Both the position numbers and the translations under genes were made by a program. Positions 1 to 13,692 of a stretch of DNA of 64,000 nt are shown here, piece after piece (positions within the stretch are counted from its first letter, which is position 1; each line of letters begins with the position of its first letter). The notes below the pieces were generated by a model. It had not been told where the DNA came from. It searched no databases and saw only the letters and a list, made by a program, of their open reading frames with translations. The stretch is from Octopus bimaculoides (lineage: Eukaryota). The stretch lies in assembly GCF_001194135.2 (NCBI RefSeq), contig NC_068983.1:28041014-28105013 (forward strand), written 5' to 3'.

Positions 1-2957
1 CTTTTGAATAAATATTTTTTTTTCCTTTCTGCAATGAAAAACTATAATTAGGATTGGATATATATATAATATTAAATGATCAACATCCGTAAATTTTACT
101 GTTTTATTAGATGCTAAAATCTCTAGAAACAATAGATGCAGCATGGCAGTTTCTAAAAGAAAACAAATTGAAATAATTAAGAGGTTGATATACACATTTA
201 TATAACTATCTACATATATATATATCCATTTTCTATGGCAACCTTCCTGAACTAGATAACTAACTTATCTTGTAAAATCTCTTGAAGAGCTAGAGAAAAA
301 ATGGTGTGAAATTCATAGCTGTAAACTCGTATGATTGTTGATAAAATGAATAGAATAAATAACCAAGTAAATAAATAGATATAATGGAAGTGGTTGAATA
401 TTATAATGAAAGAAGGTCATGTAAGTTAAACATTTCATACATGAGATAGATGCATGTAATTTACTGTCTAAAACAGGAAAACTCATTACAATCATAAAAT
501 GGAATATTAATTTAATAAATTTAGAACAAATGGGAAATAAAATGAGAATAAATCAACTTTTATGATGTTCACCATCATGATGATGAAGATAAATGATGAT
601 GATAATAATAATAATAATAATAATAATTTCTTTCAAATTATGGCACAACGCCAGTAATTTCGGGACAGAGGACTAGTCATTTGTATCAACCCCAGTGTTC
701 AATAGGTCCTTATTTTATCGACCCTGAAAAGATGAGAGACAAAGTCAGACATAAAGATGGACAAAATGCTGCTAAGCATCTTGTTCAGCTCACTGACAAT
801 TCTGCATCCTTTCCACAAGAAGATGCAAGGAAGTTGTGTTAATCTGCTCAAATAAAAACTGAAGCAAGGCACAGTAGAAGTGATGCATATATTTGCCACG
901 CCTGACATTCCAAGGGAAGCTTTCTCTCTGTTCATTTAAGGATGAAATTGGCTATTCTGTGTCTCACTTTGTTTCATTTCCTATTCACTTTGAGTTCAGG
1001 ACCAAACCAGATTCAAGAAACTTAACTGGATTATTGGTGAAATACTCCATAACACTTGCATTGACATTTGAACATTTAAAGAACTAGAAGAAATACTTCA
1101 AGGCATTTTTGTCTTAAGCTCTTATAATTCTTCCAATCCACCAATAATAGCATTAACCAATAATTAAAAGAATAAGAATCTATATTGGAATTTTTTAAAT
1201 CAAAAGTTTTTTGTAAAATAAATGTAAAAATTTTTTTTTTCCTTTATTTAAAGTGAAGTTTCTATTAGTTCTAGTATGTTATACCTCTAATTTCTACTGC
1301 ATCAAGATGAAATCAAACTGATGATTACTGCATCAAGATGAAATCAAACCAGTGAAACAGGCTCTAAATTTCTGACAGATCAGCTAGAAATAGCAGCAAA
1401 ATTTTTTCAAATCCTAACATAGCTAAGCAAGGAAACATTGATAATATAGTTCAAGATATGTTATGCCAAGGAAAGAAAAGTATAATCATAGCTGGAATAT
1501 CTTTGATTATAATCTATTTGATCAGAGCTGACTGAAGGCTAAACACTAACAACAATTATAATTACAGTAAGTATAGGTACAGGTATGGTTGTGTGTAAAA
1601 GGAATTCACCTCACAATCATGTAATTTTAGGTTTGCCCCCACAGTGCTGCATCTTGAGTAAGTATCTTCTACTAGAGAGCCTCAAAAAATGTGTCAACAC
1701 TTTCACTGACAAGAAAAACAAGCAAGTCTTCATGAATGAAGGTGTTTGTATCAGGCTATGCATTGCCTTGTCACTCTCATCACTGAAAATACAATAAACC
1801 AGTGATTGATATATGAGGTAACTTATAACGAAGGAAGTTGTTGTTCACTAATTACAATGTAAAATAGATATTACACAACTTACCTTATCTACTCAGGCAC
1901 TTACAAACAGTTGTTGAATTACAAAAAGGCTGCACTAACATTCATGAGTGCCATTAGTGGTTATATTGGGAAAGTTATATACAAGTTAGTACAAGTTGTA
2001 TTTATCAGTCAAATGAGTTTAGCTATGTCTTCAAAAGGGAATTGTTTAAAATTACAAGATACTATCATGTATAGTATTTCACAAGTGGGCCAAAGAGATA
2101 GGGAAAAGTAATGCAATGAATGTGAACGATTTTCTAGCAAGAAGCTTAAGTACATGTTGACATTTATAAGAAGCAGATATGTTTGTGTGAATATGGAATT
2201 TGCTTTGTAACCGTGTAGATCTGAGTTCTCTTTTGCTGTGTGGCACACCTTAGGCAAGTGTCACCTGCTATTATCTCAAACTGATTAATGTCTTGTAAGT
2301 GGAATGCCTTGTGTTAAATGACAACTGCATTGAAACCTGGTCATATATTATCATCACATATATGTGTGTGTTATATGATATTACATTGCTCATTTGTTCT
2401 AGCTTCTTCGAGGTATTGCCTTTATAGTAACTTGCTTTCCTTCACTAATCCTTACCTGTTTCTCAGTTAAGTTATATTCCCTTAATATTTGAAAGAGCAG
2501 AGCTAGGAGACAATTTACTGACAGGGGAAATGTTAGTAAATATCATTGTCCATGGCCCAATGACTTTCATGTAACATTCAGAAGGTAAATATTCACTTGT
2601 GTATTTGCAAACATACACAGGGCTTTAAATGTTAAATATTCCTTAATAACTAATAAACAATCCTTATAATTGGCTGCTTGAGAAGTTCCTTTCACAAGTA
2701 TGATTGTTAAATGACCTTCTTAACCACCGAGTCATGCCCACAGAAATTTCCCTTCTATTGTACCTTAGACTAGTATCTTTTAGTTTAGTCTGTTATCAAC
2801 AAAGCCCTCTGAGTAAAATTTGATAGAAATAATACTTTGTGAAAGCCCAAAGGAGGAACAGTTCTAGCTTTTGGAATGGTAGACGTAAACTATTGTTCAA
2901 TTTAACGCCGCCCTCTGGACTTAGTGTTTTTAGCAGAGTTTAGTCTGTTACAAGCAT

Positions 2958-3186
2958 TTAGTCTTTTAGCATTCAGATTACTGTGTCAAATGTGATACTT
3001 ATATAGATGTATCATTTTTGAATGAGTCGTGCATCATCATGTAGCTGTGAGATTTCAATGATGCGATTGTTTATCATTAGAATGAGATTATAAGCTAGGT
3101 GTGAGAGGCCAGATCTGACCAGTTTCAACACAAAACAGGTAGATTATTTGGGCTGGATATAGCTGGTTTAAATGCTAAAGGGTTAA
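2958..3186. mobile_element. piggyBac-like MITE, same family as 46325-46544
   Basis: TTTAGCATTCAGATTAC...AATGCTAAAGGG-TTAA; left end eroded. Confidence 0.65.
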
Positions 3187-5110
3187 GCCAGGGACCAGTC
3201 AGTGAGGCACTGAAAAGTGTCTTGGGTATTGCAATTCCTACTCCTGATTACAGCCTTAAAAAGAAAATAAATCAGGATTAATTACTAAGTAAAACACAGT
3301 AAAAAGATTCCAAATATTGAAGGTGATTGATCCTTAGTAACGTTACAAATATGTGAAAATAGCTATATTTCTTTTATCTTGTCTCAGTTATTAGAGTGTA
3401 GCCATACTTGGCACTGCCGTGAAGAACTTTAGCCGAATGAATCAAATCCAGTTCTTGTTTTTATTTTTCTTAAGCCTAGTACTTATTCAGTCAATCTCTT
3501 TTTCTGAACCACTAATGTCACTGGAACATAAGTGCACATACAATGGTCTTCTTTCAGTTTCCATCTATCAAATCCATTCGCAAGGCTTTGGTTGGCTTGA
3601 GGCCATAGTAAAAAAAAAACATTTGCCCAAGGTACTACACAATAAGACTGAACCTGTAGCTTTGTGGTTGGGAAGCAAACTTCTTACCACACAGGCATGC
3701 CAATACCTACATGTTAATCGTTGCTTAATGAAAATTAGCTATAATAAACTAGTGCTGCTGAGCAGCTAGATTTGATGTATGCTCAACTGTTGTTATTTAG
3801 CACCAGCTCAGTCTAAATCAAGCAGACTTGTGATTAAAGGGAATTACAACCATGACCATTCTATCTTTCTAGGGTTGCATTGTGCAATGTGTTCAGCTAC
3901 TTTTAAGAACGCATTGTGATATTTAAGGAAGATATGACTGTTACTTCAAGGAGATCTTGTTTTTACATACAGGAACCTCTATTGAATTGATTTATGTTTA
4001 GATGGTTTTATGGTAAAGCCCAAATAAATAAAAAGATGTGGTCCAATTGTTTTTATTTCTAAATCAGGCGACAAGGCAGTACCCATGCATTTTTACAGAG
4101 TCTCTAAGACTTATAGGAAAGCAGATGGTGTCCTCAAACCAAAAGTGTTTTCGAGTCAGAGACTTGGCTCAAATGCTCACAACAGAGTGAACTCTGTTAA
4201 CATTTAGCACATAGAATTGTTTCCTCCGCCACTGCCCTGTTACCACAGAGGAGAAAACTCATATGATGACATTATGCACCAAAAGTGTGCTAAAGTTTAA
4301 AGGCACCCATGAACCAAGTGGTGCTGTTAAACTAATCCTTCTGATGGGCTTCTGTACAGACCATATATAAGACTTTGGTGGAGTAAAATCTGTGATAGAA
4401 TACAATTACCAAAAGTGCTACACAGTGGTTCAAACAAAGAACCACATATTCGCAGATTGAATTTCTTAACCAAGCAGCAATTCCTGTTCTCCTATTGCAA
4501 ACATTTATTAATTTTTGCACCCATCAATATTTTTCATAGATGTATAGAAAAGAAAAGATGTAGAGGGATATGTTATTTTTAACATTTTGTTTAAAACAAA
4601 GAAGATGTGACTGGATAACATTTATAGCGATTCTCACCATTACAATGTGAGATGAGGATAGAGAATGTTGAACTACAATTAGTGATTGTTTTGTACTTGC
4701 TTGAATCCTTTCAATCCATAGAAACATAATATCTATTACCTGAAGATAAATATATATTTATAACATAATTAATGTACACACATTCATGCACACATATACA
4801 TATATTTATAATGAAGAGGTAGGTGAAGGAGATAAAAATGTAGGTTGTAGAGTAGGAATACAATCATAAAATACATTGTGCTGCATCTTTTATATAAGGA
4901 AGAAGATGCTTGAATGGAATTTAAAAGTGCAATCTACAAATATCATACTGATATTTTGTGTATTGAGTTGTGTGTGTGTGTATAAAAACAGTAACTCTGA
5001 ATAAGAGGCAATTCAGACCATGATAACCCTCCATTCCATACCAGAATGGAAAATAAGCATAGAACTATGATCATGGTGGGGGGAGCTCTCTCTCTCTCTC
5101 TCTCTCTCTG

Positions 5111-5118
<8 letters not shown>

Positions 5119-5178
<60 letters not shown>
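5119..5178. repeat. (TG)n microsatellite
   Basis: About 30 uninterrupted units; one of many dinucleotide tracts in the window. Confidence 0.95.
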
Positions 5179-5179
<1 letters not shown>

Positions 5180-5720
5180 ATTAGTAGATACACAGTTTTG
5201 AGGTAATTTCAAATGTAAGGTATACCTTTAATAATAAACATATAAATTTAGCTTTATTGGGAAAGTAATTGAAGTGTTTACACAGCAGGTTTTATCTCTC
5301 TAAAGGAAAGAAAATCCATATGATCAGTTTCTAGTCCTTTTAGATCCTTATCAGAGAAAGAACACCCCTCGTTTGTCCATAGAGATATTAGTAGCACATA
5401 GCTATTTATAGTGAATACAATCTAAAATTCAGCTAAACTGAAGCTAATACTGTGATTGATTTTTCAGAGTAAATTCATATCAATAGAAGCTGGTAAGTTC
5501 AATAGATTTTGCAGAAACTGTAGTGACGAGAGTGGACACCAGTTAGCCAAAACAGTCTAGGTCTTAAATGCTTGGTTGCTGTAGTAAATGGATACACTAT
5601 ACTTCAAGGAAAGGCATAACTCTTTAGCATTTAGATTACTCTACTAAATCTAATGCTCATTCATTCACATTGTTTTAAATTAATCATGCATTGTTTCATA
5701 ACGTCAATATTTCAATGATA

Positions 5721-5921
5721 CTCTTTTACTTGTTTCAGTCATTTGACTGTGGCCATGCTGGAGCACCACCTTTAGTCGAACAAATCGACCCCAGGACTTA
5801 TTCTTTGTAAGCCTAGTACTTATTCTACTGGTCTCTTTTGCCGAACTGCTAAGTTACGGGGACGTAAGCACACCAGCATCGGTTGTCAAGCGATGTTGGG
5901 GGGACAAACACAGACACACAA

Positions 5922-5982
<61 letters not shown>

Positions 5983-6161
5983 AATATATACATATATACG
6001 ACTGGCTTCTTTCAGTTTCCGTCTACCAAATCCACTCACAAGGCTTTGGTCGGCCCGAGGCTATAGTAGAAGACACTTGCCCAAGGTGCCACGTAGTTGG
6101 ACTGAACCCAAAACCATGTGGTTGGTAAGCAAGCTACTTACCACACAGCCACTCCTACGCC
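5721..6161 (-). mobile_element. SINE family A (tRNA-like head, internal TA/TG microsatellite, AAGAGT tail), full length, inserted into a piggyBac-like MITE
   Basis: Near-identical to the copies at 20170, 29401, 36592, 44089 and 49030; A/B-box-like TGGCTGTGTGG and GGTTCAGTCC motifs. Confidence 0.85.
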
Positions 6162-9100
6162 TGTTTATTTTAAGAATAACAGTGCAGGATAGGAGTGGGA
6201 GACCGGATCTGGCTGGTTTGAGCATAAAACAGATAGAATATTTGGGCTGGATATGACCAGTTTGAATGCTAAAATGTTATAGCTGATTGGATGGGTAGGA
6301 TAAAATAGTATTCAGCACCTACCTTTTACAATCTATCTCAAGATATTCTTGAAAACGGAAATATATCATCATTCCTTTACAGCAACAACTTTACAGTTCA
6401 ACGAGCAGTACAGTATTCATTAAAGGATGACAAAGTTTAAGAAAGATACTCTTAAGATGTGTTCTTCTCTAAAGATTGGTAATTTGCAGCATTTTTCTTT
6501 CTGTTATCAGTAAGTCCACAGTTCTTTATCAAAATATATCTATTCTTAGAAAGGATGCCGATGAGCTAGATACCCACTCTTTTGTTTGCATAAAGGTCAA
6601 ATTCATCTTAGTGGTTCTTTATATTATTAGCAATGTCTGGTTTTCTAGATTTACTCATGTTTTCAGTTATATTGTTTTAGCAAAATATAGCTTTTATGCT
6701 CATACGATTCTTTTTCTTTCTCCCTGTCCTATGTAACTGACTTTCCTCAAAACTGTGTTTCTTTTTCAATTCTATTTTTACACAAGTATTAGCACTTTTG
6801 CATTATTTATTAAGACAGATTATCTTATAAATATTGAGGTTACTTCCTGAAATTTAAAGCTGAGAACAGCTATTACATGGTTTCCTTTTCTCACCATGAT
6901 GATATGATTACATTTTCTTTGGTTCCAGGAAATTTTGATATTGATTGGCATTAAAGAGTTACTGCTGCCACCACCCCACAAAATACATTAGATGTTATTA
7001 AATTACATTTTTCTAGCTAGGTTTTAATTTTAATCTTTTCTTTTTTGTAAATTCATATAACAAATGATTTAGGAATTTTTAAAATTAAACGCATTGCCAC
7101 TTTATCAAAACAAAGACAAGTGATTTAGAACAAGCCACTGAGGCAGCCTCTATATGGCTGCTCAATCTGCTAGAAATAGCACTCAATTTTCCTCAAATAA
7201 CACACTATCATTTTAATTCAATGAGGCCTTCCTTTCTTTATGAAACCTGAGGTACTCTACGTCTGGGAACATAAAGACAGTATGGGCATGGTAGGAATGT
7301 TTTTGATATGAGAATTGCTGAACTGGTGCTGATGTGGAGCACAAGCATCCAGTAAAATGCAGTGCTGTATTTATTCTGGTACCGTGTATTCTGAGTTCAA
7401 ATCTTGCCATGGCTTACTTGCATGACAGACTTAATCCATCACCCACTTCATCGGTACAGCTAGAGTGCTCCTCAGAGCAGTCTTTGAGTATACCACCCAA
7501 CCACTCTTTTGAATGAAATTATGAACAAAGTAAACAAGAGATATAAAATGACAAGCCACCTACTATCACCTAAAGCACTTTTGAATAAATGGATAAAAAA
7601 ATATTTCACTATCACTTTGATTAACACTAGTTTTATTTTAGCTTTAATTACATCATTACTTATAATATCAACCCACTTTCATGAGCTAATGAAGTCTCTA
7701 CTTCAATGAGCTGGTGAAGAAATCTCAATACTGTCAGTCATACTGCTTTAAAAAGCAACTAAATCTCTTTCAAATCACCGCTAACAATCTTACAAAAAAA
7801 ATAATGAGTGAGCGGGCTGTGTGGTACCCAGGGGTCAATTTCTATGACTAAAGGGTGATGCCTTAGCATGGCCACAGTCAAATGACTGGAACAAGTAAAA
7901 GAATAAAAGAATACCAGAAGAATATTCCATACCACTAAACCAAGGGCATGCTTTGAATATGTACAATGTATTTTATGGCTAAATAGCAATTCCGTTTACG
8001 TTTGCGTAACTGATATATTTTTGTTGGATTATATAGTTATCGGTTTTACACTTCTTTCTATATTCAGTTAATGTCACAATATACAAACATTTCTCATGGC
8101 ACCAGAACACAATTTACAGATCTTTACTTCTTTTATATTTTCCATGAATTTTTTCATGGATCCAGCTAGTTATTATCATTATTTCAGTTGGGAAAGTGTT
8201 GAGTCATTGACTTCAAGTTTTCAATGGGCTAATCACAGGTTTGCTGCATTATTTGATGGCCGGCAAGAGTAACAAGGGAGTATCTGTAACTTGGCGTAGA
8301 ATAAATACATCAAAGGACTTTGCTGGAAGAGTACTAATTTTTTTTATTTTTCTGATTGATGTTTACATCTTTTGCTGATATACATCAGCAGGAAAAATAT
8401 ATAAGTACATACACACATATATATATATATATATATATATGATGGACTCTCCTATCAAAGACGACGTATAAGTGTTCAGCTTTGGCTGAATGCCCTGCAC
8501 AAATGATTTGTTTATAGAAATCAAATGTATGTGCCACACATTAATCCACTCCTTCCATCAAATCGATGCTGTATGAACAGGTGCACAGTGTACCATGCGT
8601 CAGGTGTCGAAGTGATCCCAGAGCAATGTGAGATAGTGTTTTGCTCAAGAACACAGTACACCATTCGGTCTAAGAATTGAAATCATGATCACAAAATCAT
8701 GAGTGTAACACTCTAACCACTGAGCCATGCACCCTCACTATATATATATGTATATGTTTATATGCGTTTTGCTCCATTTATTATTATTATTCATATCTAC
8801 TCAAAATGCATCACTTTAACTTGGTATTGCTACCTATAAAACGGGTGTGATATCCTGTTTTTTTTTGTGTGTGATTTTTGCTACCCATGGTAACTATTAA
8901 CATATTTACATTGTCAAGGTTTTTTTAAACCGAGATAATATTAATATATAGATGAATTAATATATATATATATATATATTACATAGAAATGTCAAGACAA
9001 AAGAAAAACATGATACACACACTCAAACACACACGTTGGGCATCTAACAGTTTCCATCTACCAATTCATTCACAAAGCATTGATCAGCTTGTGGCCATGG

Positions 9101-9208
9101 TAGAAAACAGCTGCCAACAGTGCCATAAAGTAGGGATAAAACTTAAACCCTTAGAATTCAGATTACTCTGTCAAATGTTATGTTGTTTTGAATTAATCAC
9201 GTTTTAAG

Positions 9209-9805
9209 AAGAAAACTGTGTATAAGAGGCATCAGATGTTGTGTGCAAGAGAGAAGACTGTTCTGGCTTAGTCATGTGATGCGTATGCATGAAAACAACT
9301 GTGTAAAGAAGTGCTGAGCTCTAATTGTGGAGGTACCTGTGAAAGGGGTTGACTGAGGAAGACGTGGAACAAAGTGGTGAGAAAGGGTCTTCGGCTGCTG
9401 GGCCCCACTGAAGAAATGCCAAGGGAGTGTGAGATAGTGATTTGTTGTACTTGATAAGATACATCAAGCTAAGTAAAATCGCTGTCTCCCACATATACAG
9501 GTCTGTCCATTCTGGTGCCACTTAAAAGCACTCATGCAAGTGCTGCACAAATGCTCCTTTGCCGGTGCCACTCAAAAAGTACCCGTGCTGGAGTGGCATT
9601 AAAGCACCTGTGTCAATACTGCATAAATGCACCCATGCCAGTGGCACATAAAAGCACCCAGCACACACTGCTAAGTCGTTGGCATTAGGAAGGGCATCCA
9701 GCCATAGAAACCACCACAGCTCCAGGCTAGCCAGCTTCATGTCAAACCGTCCAATCCATGCTAGCATGGACAACAGATGTTAAACAATCATGATGATGAT
9801 GATGT
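9209..9805 (+). mobile_element. RTE-clade LINE 3' fragment with repetitive 3' UTR and (GAT)n tail
   Basis: Decayed RT C-terminus (IRGIRCCVQERRLFW..HVMRM...CVKKC...VE.TC.RG...KTW), tandem GTGCCAC..AAAAGCACC units, ending GTTAAAC..(GAT)n. Confidence 0.75.
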
Positions 9806-10020
9806 TTTAGCTTGTAGCTTCAAGATTTTGGATAATGTGGTTGTTCATTTTTAAAATGGCATTGTATGATAGGTATGAGAGGCTGGATTTGGCCAGTTTG
9901 AACATAAAACAGGAAGACTATATAGGCCAGATATGCCCAGTTTAAAAGCTAAACTGCTAAACTACATGGTTGTGAAGAAAATGTGTAATTCACATGGCTA
10001 TGGCAATATAAATACATCTA

Positions 10021-10445
10021 AGGTGGTGAGCTGGCAGAATCATTAGCACACCGGGCGAAATGCTTAGCGATATTTCATCTGTCTTTACGCTCTGAGTTCA
10101 AATTCTGCAGAGGTCGACTTTGCCTTTCATCCTTTTGGGGTTAATTAAATAAGTACCAGTTATGCACTGGGGTTGATATAATCGACATAATCTATTTGTC
10201 TGTCCTTGTTTGTCCCCTCTGTGTGTAGCCCCTTGTGGGCAGAAAAGAAATAAGAAATGCTAGCATGCCAGGCAAAATGCTTAGCAGTATTTCGTCTGTC
10301 TTTATGTTCTGAGTTCAAATTCCGCCAAGGTCGACTTTACCTTTCATCCTTCGGGGTCAATAAATAAAGCACCAGTTGCATACTGGGGTCGATCTAATTG
10401 ACTGGCCCCTTCCCCTAAAATTTCAAGCCTTGTACCTCGAGTAGA
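10021..10445 (+). mobile_element. Two tandem SINE family B copies
   Basis: GGTGAGCTGGCAGAATC...TCTGAGTTCAAATT...GTCGACTTT.CCTTTCATCC occurs twice. Confidence 0.75.
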
Positions 10446-11649
10446 AAAGAATATAAATTCATCTGTCAGATTCCTACAAAGAAAATATAATCTCCCTTTA
10501 GCTCTTGATTTCTTCTCTATCATTTCTGAGAGTTAATTAACTGTTATAAATTATTTGTCATGGAAACATACCAGCATATTATGAATATTGTGGCTATTTC
10601 AAGATGCATAAAATAAAACAAAGATCAAATATACCATTTGATATCATTTTCTCACATCTTATTACTACTTTATTAACTATAATTTTAATTCTTGCCAACC
10701 ATATATAAAGGCAATCATTTCTCACAATGATTTAAGATGAAGATTAGTTCAGTATGCAACAAATCTTAGATTTGGTAATGACTTCTTAATATTTGCAAGG
10801 ATCATGTGACACTGAATTGATTTCATTTGAATGGCATATTTTTATAACAGATTTCATAATCAGAATAGAGGTATTTCATTTCATTTCATTTCATTCTATT
10901 CTCTGGAATATTTATGTTAGATGCATAGTGGTAATAAAATTTATGAAACTCAGCTCTGTCAAGCCAACATCAATTAATGGTGTAATAATTTACAAAGCTA
11001 AACCCTGAAATGCTTTATGACAAACTGCTTTGCTATAATTTCAAAGAAGATTTATTATCAACAGAAATAAATTAGAAAATTAAATTAAAATAGATACAGC
11101 AAGAACAGGCATGGACGTGTGTTTTAAGTTCACTTTACAACCATGTAGCTTCAAGTTCAAACTCACCATGTAGTAGTTTCGGTACGTGACTCCCACTACA
11201 GGCCCAGGGCAAAATGATGAAACATGAATAAATTTGATAGCTGGAAATTGTAGGAAACTCATCCTATATCATCGTCATCATTAATGTTCACTTTTTCATT
11301 CTCACATGGATCAGAGGATACTTGTTGAGGTAAATTCTTAAATTTCTTATGGTCAGATGCCCTTTCTGTTACCAGCCCTCTCCTGTTTCCAAGCAAGGTA
11401 GTACTTTTTTGAAGGCCAGACATGTTTTCACAGAAGACTGGAAACAGAGTAAGCCACTTATTTGGTGGGGACGTTTGTTTAGAACTATATAATAGGTTTC
11501 TTTTTTCTTTCAGTTGTTGTCTCTGAACTCCGCTCCTGAGGCTTTGGCCCACCAAAGTCTATAGTAATAAGTTCTTGTCCCTGGTACTATCCAGTAGGAC
11601 TGAAACTGAAACCCAGAAGATGGGAAGTGAATTTCTTGACCTTACAGCA

Positions 11650-11715
<66 letters not shown>

Positions 11716-12189
11716 ATGAGTCTGTCTATGTATTCCACACACTTGCCACATGAACAATGCAGTACTAATATTGGCATTCCTTGTTAACATTATGTCTAAA
11801 CAAATTGTGCTCTCAAAAACCTGAGGAATGTAACAATTCCTTGTTTGAAAACCAGGTAAGGATTGGAAACAGGAAGAGCATCCAGCTGTAAAATGCTGCC
11901 TCACATAACTCTCCATTCAAACTCATATCAGCATGATGAATTGGACTTCAAACTAATAAAAGTTAAAATGAAAGAAACTCCAGTAGTTAAAAGTAATGTA
12001 TGATCTAACAATTGTTCTTCTATGTGGTAGCCTGACATGCTAGAAATAGCAGCCAAATTTGCCTCAAATCCTACCCTTCAATTCAAAAGGAATTTAGAAC
12101 ATGGTGATATAGTACTGCATGCACTATTCCTGAAAACAATTTGTAAAGTCTTTATTCAATGCTCTGCTCAATAATCGATGAAGGATACC

Positions 12190-12720
12190 AGTACTGTTCT
12201 ATATTTTAGAGATGAGGAATTATTTACATTAGACGGATATGTGTCCTCATCTTGTTTGTTGTTACCACAATGTTTCAGCTGATTTACTTTCCAGCCTTCA
12301 TCAGTTGTTCTGGTGGAACCTATGCTTAGTGTGTGTTATTAATACATCCAGGAATGCTAGCTGATTGTCATTTTCCTTTACCATTGGGAACTAAATGGAT
12401 GGCTTTATTGAGTTCACATGATCTAGCAGTACTTAGACATCTTCCTGTTGGGGCCAGAGTATAAAGGTGTCATCAGTGTATTGAAGCCATAGTGTTGGCT
12501 TTAGTAGTATTGATCCTAAAGCCAAATTCTCAAAAGTATAACCTGTATATATTGGCTATTATTGGTGATAATGGCAAACCCATAGCTAAACCCTCTACTG
12601 TCGATATATATATCAGTGTTTATGCTGAAGTAGGTAGTTTCTCCACAGATAGTCAACGTTTCCATCGAGTTTCCTATACTAGTGTGAGCTTTTAGAGAGG
12701 TGTCCATCACTTGTTTTTCT
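12190..12720 (-). mobile_element. Penelope-like element fragment: reverse-transcriptase remnant joined to a pseudo-LTR with a degenerate hammerhead
   Basis: Minus-strand translation with frameshifts and stops gives GLAMGLPLSPIIANIY, KPTLWLQYTDDTFILW and QLAFLDVLIT, which are PLE RT motifs. CTGATGA-A-GGCTG...CAGCT-GAAA follows at 12265-12310. Confidence 0.8.
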
Positions 12721-13219
12721 TGAATCACAATCAAAAATGGAAATGCTGATACCATTGCCGCCTGACTGGCTCTCATGCTGGTGGCATGCAATAAGCACCA
12801 TTCATGCATGGGTCATTGCCAGTGTCACCTGACTGGCTCCTCGTGCCAGTGGTACATAAAAAGCACCATCTGAACATGGTTGATGCTTCGTGTTATATAT
12901 CATAAACAACCCATGCTAGCATGGAAAGCGGACGTTAAACGATGATGATGATTATGATGATTACATGTGCAAATAGGATATCATATAATATTAAATAAGG
13001 TGGTGGTATATCCAGAAAGCGGTCTTTTAATAAAAACTTAGGATTTTCAATGACTCTTTTAAAGTATCTTTTATTCACAGTGTCCAAAGATGTCATATGC
13101 ACACACATACACACACTATATCTGTGTATACTTGAATATACATAAATATATGTGAATGTGTATGTATGTATACATATATACATATACATATGTGTGTGTG
13201 TGTGTGTGTGTATGCATAT

Positions 13220-13267
<48 letters not shown>

Positions 13268-13592
13268 CACACACCATAATTTTATAACAAAGAGTATGAA
13301 GAATTTCATAGCCATATGAGGAAAGAAAATTTCAAAGCATTCTTTCCTAGTTTGCAGAATAATTCAAATTGATATTTTGTTCCCTGGAATATTTTAAGAG
13401 TTGACAATATCTGTAACTCTCTCTTGGGAATTCAATTTTATTTTATAATTTGTAGCTTCAAAACAATTCCTGATAAAAGTGGATACAAGAAAAGATGCAT
13501 TCAGTATGTGTTAGTAAGGAATGCCAAACAATATTTTTACCAAAAGTCATTAACTTAAGTAAATATTTCACACGTATGTGTCAAGAAGATAG

Positions 13593-13656
13593 NNNNNNNN
13601 NNNNNNNNNNNNNNNNNNNNNNNNNNNNNNNNNNNNNNNNNNNNNNNNNNNNNNNN
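13593..13656. other. Assembly gap (64 N)
   Basis: N run next to an (AT)n tract. Confidence 1.

Positions 13657-13692
<36 letters not shown>

Noticed and set aside
1318-1350. CTGATGA...GAAA spacing resembling a hammerhead; similar hits near 23345 and 30070
   Set aside because: No stem II or stem I complementarity and no NUH site in register.
5468-5492. Plus-strand 25-nt microexon candidate (TTTTTCAG...G|GTAAGT)
   Set aside because: No other plus-strand coding evidence; several such pairs are expected by chance in 64 kb of AT-rich DNA.
9490-9700. Short repeats with variable spacers (GTGCCAC..AAAAGCACC), superficially CRISPR-like
   Set aside because: Part of the RTE 3' UTR, recurring in other RTE tails such as 12720-12960; eukaryotic DNA, no cas genes, irregular spacing.
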